Source of the DNA: Candidatus Daviesbacteria bacterium | GTDB taxonomy: Bacteria > Patescibacteriota > Microgenomatia > Daviesbacterales > UBA10151 | DNA: 64,000 bases | Assembly: GCA_016183305.1 (NCBI GenBank) | Contig: JACPEW010000006.1 | Span: 2,317 to 66,316 of the forward strand | Reading direction: 5' to 3' | In this document: piece after piece, positions 25,804 through 33,704 of the stretch | Position numbering within the stretch: position 1 is the first letter of the stretch | How the letters are laid out: every line of letters begins with the position of its first letter | Translations under genes and position numbers: made by a program | Notes under the pieces: generated by a model | What the model was told of the DNA's origin: nothing | The model's database searches: none | The model's input: the letters and a program-made list of their open reading frames with translations, nothing else

Positions 25804-25863
25804 CCAAGAACCAAATTACAAGTATTCCAAACTTTGGTACTTGTTATTTGGATACTTGGTACT
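25804..25863. repeat. R3 heptamer-array hairpin
   Basis: CCAAGAACCAAATTACAAGTATTCCAAA / TTTGGTACTTGTTATTTGGATACTTGG between atpA stop and atpG start. Confidence 0.65.
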
Positions 25864-27194
25864 TATTTTTTAGTTCCTTTCATAAATATCCCCGCAAATT
25901 CTTTAGTCACCTTTTCTAAATCTCCAATTTTCCCCTCATCTAAAACCTTTTTATCTGCCAGCTCTGCTAATAACTTCTTCTGTCTTAACTTAAGATGTGC
26001 CAAATATTTTTCCTCAAATTCTTTAATCCTGAAAACCTCTACCTCATCCATATACCCCTGAGTAACAGCCCACAACACCACTACCTGTTCCTCAACCGGA
26101 ACAGGGGAGTAGGGAGGCTGTTTTAATACTTCAGTAATTCTCCTGCCTCTTTCTATCTGCAGTTTTGTTTGAGGATCCAAGTCAGAAGCAAATTGGGCAA
26201 AAGCCTGTAACTCCCTAAATTGAGCAAGGTCTAATTTTAACCTACCAGCCACACTCTTCATTGCTTTAGTCTGGGCAGCCCCACCAACTCTTGAAACAGA
26301 AATTCCCACATTTAAAGCTGGTCTTACTCCTGCAAAAAACAAATCGGGTTCAAGGTAAATCTGCCCATCAGTGATGGATATAACATTAGTGGGGATATAG
26401 GCAGACATATCATTAGCCTGTGTTTCAATTACTGGCAAGGCAGTTAAAGACCCGCCGCCAAAATCTTTATTTAATCTTGCTGCCCGCTCCAAAAGTCTTG
26501 AATGTAAGTAAAACACATCTCCAGGGTAAGCCTCGCGCCCGGAAGGCCTTCTTAAAAGTAAAGACACCTGCCTGTAAGCCCAGGCATGTTTTGACAGATC
26601 ATCATAAATAATTAAGGCATCCTTACCCTGATCCATAAAAAACTCACCCATAGCACAACCAGCATAAGGGGCAAGGTATTGCATGGTAGCAGAATCAGAA
26701 GCAGAGGCAGAAACTACAATAGTATGTTTTAAGCTGCCAGTCTCTTCCAGTTTAGCCACAAGCTGGGCTACCTTGGAAGTTTTTTGGCCAATTGCTACAT
26801 AAATACAAATAACATCTTCTTGATTTATAATTGTATCTATAGCAATTGTTGTTTTCCCGGTGTTCCTATCCCCAATAATCAGTTCCCTTTGACCTCTGCC
26901 AATCGGAATTAAAGCATCAATTGCTTTTATCCCGGTCTGAAGCGGGGTAGTAACTGATTGCCTGGTAATAACTCCAGGGGCAATTTTTTCAACCGGATAA
27001 AGGGTTTTTGTTTTAATTGGGCCTTTGCCATCAATAGGAGAGCCTAAAGCATCAACCACCCTCCCAACCAAACCCTCACCAACTGGAACTTGCAGGATCC
27101 TTCCTGTAGTTTTGACTGTATCTCCCTCTTTTATTTTGGTAAAATCCCCAAAAATAACTGCTCCAACACTATATTCTTCCAGGTTTAAAGCCAA
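25863..27194 (-). CDS. atpA: F1 ATP synthase alpha subunit (5' end anomalous)
   Basis: Walker A GDRNTGKT and the whole nucleotide-binding and C-terminal domains are present. The ORF starts at the ALNLEE block via TTG; an N-terminal-like mini-ORF at 27265-27185 is in another frame. Confidence 0.88.
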   Translation of the reverse strand: MALNLEEYSVGAVIFGDFTKIKEGDTVKTTGRILQVPVGEGLVGRVVDALGSPIDGKGPIKTKTLYPVEKIAPGVITRQSVTTPLQTGIKAIDALIPIGRGQRELIIGDRNTGKTTIAIDTIINQEDVICIYVAIGQKTSKVAQLVAKLEETGSLKHTIVVSASASDSATMQYLAPYAGCAMGEFFMDQGKDALIIYDDLSKHAWAYRQVSLLLRRPSGREAYPGDVFYLHSRLLERAARLNKDFGGGSLTALPVIETQANDMSAYIPTNVISITDGQIYLEPDLFFAGVRPALNVGISVSRVGGAAQTKAMKSVAGRLKLDLAQFRELQAFAQFASDLDPQTKLQIERGRRITEVLKQPPYSPVPVEEQVVVLWAVTQGYMDEVEVFRIKEFEEKYLAHLKLRQKKLLAELADKKVLDEGKIGDLEKVTKEFAGIFMKGTKK

Positions 27195-27273
27195 ACCATA
27201 TACCCCTTTGCTTTAAGTTTTAAGCCTTTAATCTGGTTTTCAATCTTGTTTATTAAGTCACTCATAGCTATTT

Positions 27274-27332
27274 GACAAACTGAGTACAATTTCTTCGCTC
27301 AGTTTGTCACCCTGAGCGATTAGCGAAGGATC
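27274..27332. repeat. R2-related hairpins upstream of atpA
   Basis: GACAAACTGAG..CTCAGTTTGTC (11-bp stem) overlapping GTCACCCTGAGCGATTAGCGAAGGATC. Confidence 0.7.
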
Positions 27333-27357
27333 TACTTCATGAGTCCGCTAAGCTCCT

Positions 27358-27753
27358 TTACCTTCCTATTGCCTCCTTTATTTGTTGTATTTTCCCAGCT
27401 ACTGATTCATCCCAGATCTCATCTCCAACCCTTAATTTAAACCCTCCTAAAATATCAGCATTTATATTAACTAAAACTTTGGTAATCTTAACTTTTTTTT
27501 CTACAATCCCTTTTACTTTTTTAATTTGGGATTGGGCCAAAGGCATTGTGGTCTCTATATATAAAGTATGCTCCCTTTCTTTTCTTTTTAAACTGCGTAA
27601 ATATTCTGATAAGGATATTATTGCTTCAGCCCTGGGTAAGGATTTCAAAGCTTTAATTGATCTAACAACCTGGCTCTCTGAAATCTTATTATCTTTGAAG
27701 CTTAAATCAACCAACCTGCTGACTGTTTTTTGTAATTGCTTTTTAATTTTCAT
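27358..27753 (-). CDS. atpH: F1 ATP synthase delta (OSCP) subunit, short
   Basis: Operon position; C-terminal ...GGFKLRVGDEIWDESVAGKIQQIK pattern. Confidence 0.65.
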   Translation of the reverse strand: MKIKKQLQKTVSRLVDLSFKDNKISESQVVRSIKALKSLPRAEAIISLSEYLRSLKRKEREHTLYIETTMPLAQSQIKKVKGIVEKKVKITKVLVNINADILGGFKLRVGDEIWDESVAGKIQQIKEAIGR

Positions 27754-27780
27754 AATTTTAATACTTTAAAATTTCAAACT

Positions 27781-28275
27781 TTACTTATAATTATTAATAT
27801 TTTTTGCCAAAATTTCTTTCTTTTGGCTTTGTGTTAATACTTTACCAGTAATCCTCTCCAGCGCCAAAACTACAAAATCTGCCACGCTGTCTTTAATTTC
27901 TTGCTGAAGCTTAACTTTTTCAGCCTCATTTAGTTTTTTAGCATCTTCCGCAGCTCGAGTAACAATATCCTTATATTTTTTCTTTGCTTCCTCTATTATT
28001 TGCGCTGCAGAATCTCCTGCTTCCTTAATAATTTTTTCACCCTCTTTGGCTGACTTTAAGATTGCTTCCTGTTCGCGTTCGCCAGTCTCATTTAACCTTT
28101 TCTCAATCTCTTCAGCATTCTTTAAACTCTCTTCAATCTTGTTTTTTCTGGTTTCCAATACTCCTAGCAAAGGTTTATATAATAACTTCTTTAAAATAAA
28201 AAGAAGTATTAAAAAATTAACCACTTGCGCGGCCAAAAGTATTGGATCTATGCCGAACTGTTTTAAAATCTCCAT
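27781..28275 (-). CDS. atpF: Fo ATP synthase b subunit
   Basis: N-terminal TM followed by long charged helix; operon position. Confidence 0.7.
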   Translation of the reverse strand: MEILKQFGIDPILLAAQVVNFLILLFILKKLLYKPLLGVLETRKNKIEESLKNAEEIEKRLNETGEREQEAILKSAKEGEKIIKEAGDSAAQIIEEAKKKYKDIVTRAAEDAKKLNEAEKVKLQQEIKDSVADFVVLALERITGKVLTQSQKKEILAKNINNYK

Positions 28276-28281
28276 AGAAAA

Positions 28282-28356
28282 TTAGGGGTTAGTTTGTAGG
28301 TTTTAGGTTAAAGTTTTCTTATGATTATTACAACCTACCCACTACTCCCTATAACC
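28282..28356. repeat. R3 heptamer-array hairpin (TAGGTT / AACCTA units)
   Basis: TTAGGGGTTAGTTTGTAGGTTTTAGGTTA ... ACAACCTACCCACTACTCCCTATAACC between atpF and atpE. Confidence 0.6.
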
Positions 28357-28575
<219 letters not shown>

Positions 28576-29298
28576 TTAGTGTTCTGCTGCATGTTTTTCT
28601 GACAACAACACCATAAATACCAGTGTTAACATCATGAAAACAGCTGCCTGTACAAATCCTACAATAATCTCTAAGAAATAAAAAGGGAGTGGCACTATAA
28701 AGGCAAAAATCCTTGAGACAGTTGCCAGCACCACTTCTCCTGCAAATATATTACCAAAAAGTCTGAAAGATAGCGATACCACTTTTGTCACCTCACCAAC
28801 CAACTCCAATAAACCAACAAATAAAAATATTGGGTTTAAAGTAAACCATTTCTTTAAATAATCCACAATCCCTAAGTAATAAATAGCAAAGCCATGAGTT
28901 AAAACAGCAGAAGTTAAAGCCAATGCCAAAGTCATATTTAAATCAGAGTTCATTGAACGGAATAATGGTTCCTTATGATAGGTAATGGTGGCAAACCCAG
29001 GGAACAGGCCTAATAAGTTACTAAATAAAATATAAAGGAAAAAAGTCATTACAATAGGAAAAAATACCTTAGCTTTTTTGCTCCCTGCCAAATCCAAAAC
29101 CGTGGTATAGCCAAAATCTAAAATTAGCTCAAATAAATTCTGCAATCCAGAAGGCACTAACTTAGCTTTACGGCCAGCCAAAAAAGCAATAATGATCAGT
29201 ATCACCATCACTATCCAACTAACCAGCAGGGTATTGGTAATTGGCAAACTTTTAAAATAGCCCAAAACTTCGGGCTTTAAAACAATCGCTTCTTCCAT
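28576..29298 (-). CDS. atpB: Fo ATP synthase a subunit
   Basis: Polytopic; SLSFRLFGNIFAGE with the conserved Arg. Confidence 0.88.
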   Translation of the reverse strand: MEEAIVLKPEVLGYFKSLPITNTLLVSWIVMVILIIIAFLAGRKAKLVPSGLQNLFELILDFGYTTVLDLAGSKKAKVFFPIVMTFFLYILFSNLLGLFPGFATITYHKEPLFRSMNSDLNMTLALALTSAVLTHGFAIYYLGIVDYLKKWFTLNPIFLFVGLLELVGEVTKVVSLSFRLFGNIFAGEVVLATVSRIFAFIVPLPFYFLEIIVGFVQAAVFMMLTLVFMVLLSEKHAAEH

Positions 29299-29404
29299 GA
29301 TTATATTATCCTAGATTAAAGGGTTATTTTACAAGAAGCTTTTAAAATCCGCCGATAGCAGATTGACATCACCTGAACATAGGAAAAATAACTACCTTCC
29401 AACA

Positions 29405-29435
29405 CTACCTTCCCACATCGGATGTGGGAAGGTAG
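29405..29435 (+). repeat. R1 REP hairpin (31-nt near-perfect palindrome)
   Basis: CTACCTTCCCACATC G GATGTGGGAAGGTAG. Confidence 0.85.
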
Positions 29436-29436
29436 T

Positions 29437-30114
29437 TTAATCATCAGCGTCAATTAACAATTTAGAAAGAGCAGGGCTATCAACTTCAGTTTCCTCCACA
29501 AAAGACTGATAAGTTAAATTAGGGTTAGTTTTAGAAAAGTAAGAAGAGATAAGATTTGTATCACAAAATGGATGCGGTTCTCCTGATAAATAATAAGGAT
29601 ATGAGGAATATGGATAAAATCTATGTTCCCACATCGGAAGTGGGAAGCTGTTTCTATGGATATATTTTGATAAATGAAGTAAGTACTCATCTGTCTCAAT
29701 TAGCTTTGCCTTAAATCCACCCTGAAATAAAGAACCTACTCTCTTGTGTCTGGTATTGAAATACCGAGTGTAACTATCTGCCACTTTCCTTAAAAATTCT
29801 GATATACCTCCATCAGCCAATTGTTGAATTAGCAAATGAAAATGATTCGGCATTAAACAGTAACAATATATCCTCACCAGCTCTGTTTGATTATCTATCT
29901 TTTTAAGCTTTATCACACCTCTTCTGAAATCTGAAAGCTTCATTGGAACCGGAGATTTACGGTAATAGTCCAAAGTTTCTAAAAACCTTAGGTGGTCCCA
30001 TCTGTCCATAAAGGTCTTCCTTTTCTCAACACCGCGGTTATAAATATGGTAAAAGCTGCCACTAATAAATGGGGGATTAACCACGCTTCTATTGTCTAAT
30101 CCGTATTCCCACAC
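29437..30114 (-). CDS. REP-associated tyrosine transposase (RAYT; IS200/IS605 TnpA-like Y1 HUH enzyme)
   Basis: YHIYNRG, HUH motif LMPNHFHLLI, Tyr motif SKYIHRN; 225 aa. Confidence 0.75.
   Translation of the reverse strand: MWEYGLDNRSVVNPPFISGSFYHIYNRGVEKRKTFMDRWDHLRFLETLDYYRKSPVPMKLSDFRRGVIKLKKIDNQTELVRIYCYCLMPNHFHLLIQQLADGGISEFLRKVADSYTRYFNTRHKRVGSLFQGGFKAKLIETDEYLLHLSKYIHRNSFPLPMWEHRFYPYSSYPYYLSGEPHPFCDTNLISSYFSKTNPNLTYQSFVEETEVDSPALSKLLIDADD
29621..29650 (+). repeat. R1 REP hairpin inside the RAYT CDS
   Basis: TTCCCAC ATCGGAA GTGGGAA GCTG; reads SFPLPMWE immediately after YIHRN. Confidence 0.8.
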
Positions 30115-30131
30115 GTCAAGTGGGAAGGTAG
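30106..30131 (+). repeat. R1 REP hairpin (loop variant ACGTCAA)
   Basis: TTCCCAC ACGTCAA GTGGGAA GGTAG overlapping the RAYT start. Confidence 0.8.
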
Positions 30132-30410
30132 TTGTATGAGGTCAGCCAGCAGATCATGTACACCTTTCATTTAGAATTAACGGCTTAGATTTATTTTTTT
30201 TTATTATTTATTACCTACTTTTTTGTTATAACTCAACTAAATGATAGAACAACTACTGCCCAAAAATATATTTTTCACCACTTAGACATAAAAATCAATA
30301 CCTTGTCCAATTTTTGTGACTGCTTATCCAGTATAATTAGGAATATGCACAAATTTAGAGAATTAGAAATAGTTATACTAACCCGTAATATTAAAAAATA
30401 GAGAATCTAC

Positions 30411-31982
30411 TTAATCCAACTTTTCCCTTTGGGTTCTGAGGAATGAAAACCATTGTTCAAAGAAGGCAAAGATTCCTTTAAATGGAGTCTCAATTATAAA
30501 GTCAAAAACAAACAAAAGAATATTTATTTGGGAGATAGCTAAAGTTAACCTTCTTCCTACTTGAATAAAAGGCATAAAGAAAAAGTCAAAAGCAAGTGAG
30601 CCAAAATTATCTTTTTTCTTTTTGATAATATACATATTAGCTGTCCTGTTAATCCTGTAACTGACAAAAGATACTATTGCCAGGAAAAAGACAAATACTC
30701 CTTGGGAGAAAGGATTTACATGAAGCTTAGTCAAGATAAAAACTATTGATCCCAGACTAACAGCAAATGTAAACAGCCAAAGTACTACAAACATTCCCCA
30801 AAGCATTGGATCAGTTTTTTTAGGTTTTTTCCTGACTACCAAAGGCTCACTTAACTGGGGATCCCCGTCATATAAAATAGTATTTATTTTCTTTAGGATT
30901 TTTAAGGAATTTTCCCTGGTTGGAGTTTTTATTAAAAATCCTACCCCAATCATCAAAGTTGGAGGAGTAAAGATATTAATTAAGATAGATGACCAAATTG
31001 TCCTGCCATAAAAAAATCTTTCAAAAGCTCCTTCTATAAATAAAGCGAATAAGGCTTTTGTTACAAATATAAAAATCACACTTCTGACAATTGCTCTTCT
31101 GACTTTGCTTGAGATATTTTTATAGCGGGCGCTACAATCTGCAATCACTTCTGAATTTAATAAATCTTCATCAGCCACCAGTGAAGAAGTCTTACCACGG
31201 TATTTTCTTAAAACATCATCCAAAATCAGAAAAGGAATGCTTTGCTTTTTAATGTAGGTATAAATCCTGTCTTTTGCTGGATACTTAAATTGGGTTTCTA
31301 TTTGTTTAATAGCCTCAGGAAAATGGTTAGCAACCCGTTCTAAATTATGTTCATTTAAACCTTCAAAATATTGTTTAAATAAGTGGTAGCGCAAAAAAGC
31401 TAAATCATCATTAGCATATGCTCTTCTTACAGCAATAAAAACTTGGACATCCCGGATTTGCTCATCATCATCAGAAATAGCAACTCTGTCTCTGAAAATC
31501 CTAAACATAAAATTGCTCATAATATCTTTAGGATCATTAGGCTTTAAAATATGTTCTATCTCAGAAGATAAAAGATGTAAAACCCACTCATTAACCAAAC
31601 CTTTATTAATCCTGTGTTTAACATTTACTTTTTCTTCTAACTTTAAATACAAGTCTGTTTGTTCTGCTACTTTGGTAATTTGAGACTCAGGAATTGTGGA
31701 ATCAGGAAAATAACGGGCCCAAATCAACTCCCTTATTAAAGGAGCAGCGATTGATTGACCATCCCCACCCAGCATCAGTCTTCTTTTTAAAATCCTTTCA
31801 ATTGTGGAACGCAGGATTACCTCATCTTCCCTATAATCCATTGCTGTCCTAAACTTTTCATACCAGGTAGCCAGTTCTGCCACCAAAGGATTAACAGAAA
31901 TAGTTTTATCATGGTTGGGAATAGCTGCCCTGTCATATGCTGTTACCAAGGCTGTGGATAATTTATTTAATGTTTTAGCCAT
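30411..31982 (-). CDS. hypothetical polytopic membrane protein (523 aa)
   Basis: Soluble helical N-terminal half, 5-6 TM C-terminal half. Start moved to ATG 31982 because the 22 codons upstream are R2-repeat sequence. Confidence 0.5.
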   Translation of the reverse strand: MAKTLNKLSTALVTAYDRAAIPNHDKTISVNPLVAELATWYEKFRTAMDYREDEVILRSTIERILKRRLMLGGDGQSIAAPLIRELIWARYFPDSTIPESQITKVAEQTDLYLKLEEKVNVKHRINKGLVNEWVLHLLSSEIEHILKPNDPKDIMSNFMFRIFRDRVAISDDDEQIRDVQVFIAVRRAYANDDLAFLRYHLFKQYFEGLNEHNLERVANHFPEAIKQIETQFKYPAKDRIYTYIKKQSIPFLILDDVLRKYRGKTSSLVADEDLLNSEVIADCSARYKNISSKVRRAIVRSVIFIFVTKALFALFIEGAFERFFYGRTIWSSILINIFTPPTLMIGVGFLIKTPTRENSLKILKKINTILYDGDPQLSEPLVVRKKPKKTDPMLWGMFVVLWLFTFAVSLGSIVFILTKLHVNPFSQGVFVFFLAIVSFVSYRINRTANMYIIKKKKDNFGSLAFDFFFMPFIQVGRRLTLAISQINILLFVFDFIIETPFKGIFAFFEQWFSFLRTQREKLD

Positions 31983-32016
31983 TTGATGTACTATGATAAT
32001 ATTAACACAGTCCATT

Positions 32017-32041
32017 GTCATCCCAGACTTGATCTGGAATC
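32017..32041 (+). repeat. R2 unit in tyrS divergent intergenic region
   Basis: GTCATCCCAGACTTGATCTGGAATC. Confidence 0.7.
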
Positions 32042-32060
32042 TGTGCAAAGTAATTTATTT

Positions 32061-33182
32061 ATGACTACTGATGAGAAAATAAAGCTAATTACCAGAAATC
32101 TGGAGGAAGTTTTAACCGAAGAAGAGTTAAAGGCCTTAATAGAATCAGGTACCCCTTTAAAACACTACATTGGTTTTGAAATCTCTGGAAAACTGCATAT
32201 TGGTTCTTTATTTACTTTGATGAAAGTAAAAGACTTACAAGATGCTGGGGCAGAAACAGTTATTTGGATGGCAGACCTTCACTCAGCAATTAATGATAAA
32301 TTGGATGGAAATTTAGAAACTATTAAGAAAGTAGCAGATGAATATTTTAAAGAGGCAATGAAAGCTTTGTTTACTTGTATTGGCGGAGATCCAGAAAAAC
32401 TTATTTTTAAATTAACCTCTCAAACTTATGCTCAAAATCCAGACTTTTGGCTAACACTTTTAGAAATTGGCAAAACAACCACACTAGCTCGCACTAAAAG
32501 ATCTATTACCATTATGGGTAGGGAAGGCTCTGATGATAGCATGCCGACTGATAAACTCTTTTATCCTATTATGCAAGCAGCAGATATTTTTCTTTTAGGA
32601 GCCAACATTGCTCATGCTGGAATTGATCAAAGAAAAGTACATGTAATAGCCAAAGACGCTGCCATGCAAGTTAAAACCTTTCCTTTAAAAGATACCCAAG
32701 GGAATAAAATCAAGCCAGTAGCTATTCATCACCCTATCTTGCTCAGCCTTAGTGGACCAGTAAGCGCTGGAGGAGAGGCTGATGAAGCAGCAATGAAAAA
32801 TAAAATGAGTAAATCTAAACCAGGCAGCGGGATAACAATTCATGATACTCCTGAACAAATCAAAGTAAATATTAATCAGGCCTATGCTCCTGAAGGAGTT
32901 ATAGAAGGGAATCCTGTTTTAAATTGGACAAGATATTTAATTTTTTATGGCAATAATTCCAGCTTAACTGTCACCAGGGATCCAAAATGGGGAGGGGATT
33001 TAACTTATACCTCATATGAGGATTTAGAAAAGGATTATGTAGAAAGAAAACTCCATCCTCAGGACCTAAAAATGGCAGTAGCAGAGTGGCTAATTGCTAA
33101 GCTAAAACCAGCAAGAATTTATTTTGAAGACCCTAAAGGAAAAGCAGCTTTAGCAGAAATAGAAAGGCTAACCAAAAAGTAA
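32061..33182 (+). CDS. tyrS: tyrosyl-tRNA synthetase, archaeal/eukaryotic type
   Basis: By-eye colinear match to M. jannaschii TyrRS: YIGFEISGKLHIGS, MADLHSAIN, YPIMQAADI, KMSKSK, VIEGNPV, KWGGDLTYTSYEDLE, KLHPQDLKMAVAE. Start set at ATG 32061. Confidence 0.85.
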   Translation: MTTDEKIKLITRNLEEVLTEEELKALIESGTPLKHYIGFEISGKLHIGSLFTLMKVKDLQDAGAETVIWMADLHSAINDKLDGNLETIKKVADEYFKEAMKALFTCIGGDPEKLIFKLTSQTYAQNPDFWLTLLEIGKTTTLARTKRSITIMGREGSDDSMPTDKLFYPIMQAADIFLLGANIAHAGIDQRKVHVIAKDAAMQVKTFPLKDTQGNKIKPVAIHHPILLSLSGPVSAGGEADEAAMKNKMSKSKPGSGITIHDTPEQIKVNINQAYAPEGVIEGNPVLNWTRYLIFYGNNSSLTVTRDPKWGGDLTYTSYEDLEKDYVERKLHPQDLKMAVAEWLIAKLKPARIYFEDPKGKAALAEIERLTKK

Positions 33183-33186
33183 TTTA

Positions 33187-33289
33187 CAATTTTCAGCTTT
33201 CAATTTAGAATGAATTTTCAATGATTCAATGTTTGAAAATTGTTAAATTGAGATTTGATTGAAAATTGAGAATTGGTACTTGAAAATTG
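33187..33289. repeat. R3 heptamer-array hairpin (CAATTTT / GAAAATT units)
   Basis: CAATTTTCAGCTTTCAATTTAGAATGAATTTTCAATG ... TTGAAAATTGTTAAATTGAGATTTGATTGAAAATTGAGAATTGGTACTTGAAAATTG. Confidence 0.65.
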
Positions 33290-33374
33290 TCTTATGATGT
33301 ATTCACAGAAATTCAGAATCTTTTGGATAATTTTATCTATAATTGCTGGTCTGGCAATTATTCTTTTTTCCCTG

Positions 33375-33668
33375 CTACCCCTTCTCATCAGTTTTTAATT
33401 CAGATGATTCGTTTTTAGGTTTTCCCCTATATCCAACCCTGCCACCAAAAACGGGGTAAAATCCCCTATTAAAATCCCAAACTTCAATTATATCCGCAAC
33501 ATACCCTGCTTCTCTCATAAGCCTCATCTCAGTACTCAACCGATGCAACCCTTCAGCCAATCTCTGAAGAGTAACCGGAAGATATACTACAGCTACCAAC
33601 CACTCCCTAAAAGTAGGCGGTTGTATTGGCAACCTTTCTGAAGTTGGATGTTCTGTTCTTCGTTCCAT
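33375..33668 (-). CDS. hypothetical protein
   Basis: 97-aa ORF, locally higher GC; no family recognised. Confidence 0.35.
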   Translation of the reverse strand: MERRTEHPTSERLPIQPPTFREWLVAVVYLPVTLQRLAEGLHRLSTEMRLMREAGYVADIIEVWDFNRGFYPVFGGRVGYRGKPKNESSELKTDEKG

Positions 33669-33704
33669 GTGTTGTATTTTAGCACAAATTGGTATAATTG
33701 CCTT

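Larger units (their letters stand above)
29405..30131 (-). mobile_element. REPtron-like unit: RAYT gene bracketed by R1 REP hairpins
   Basis: REP at 29405-29435 abuts the stop codon; REP at 30106-30131 overlaps the start; third REP inside the CDS. Confidence 0.7.

Noticed and set aside
31983-32060. N-terminal extensions of tyrS (MMYYDNINTVHCHPRLDLES...) and of the 30411 membrane protein (MHRFQIKSGMTMDC...)
   Set aside because: Both extensions are translations of the R2 unit at 32017-32041 and of AT-rich spacer. Conserved protein sequence starts at ATG 32061 and ATG 31982 respectively.
33294-33398. 34-aa hydrophobic mini-ORF MMYSQKFRIFWIILSIIAGLAIILFSLLPLLISF
   Set aside because: It is plausible as a small membrane peptide, but it has no SD, it overlaps the convergent 33375 ORF, and hydrophobic ORFs arise easily in T-rich DNA. 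It is unsupported without comparative data.
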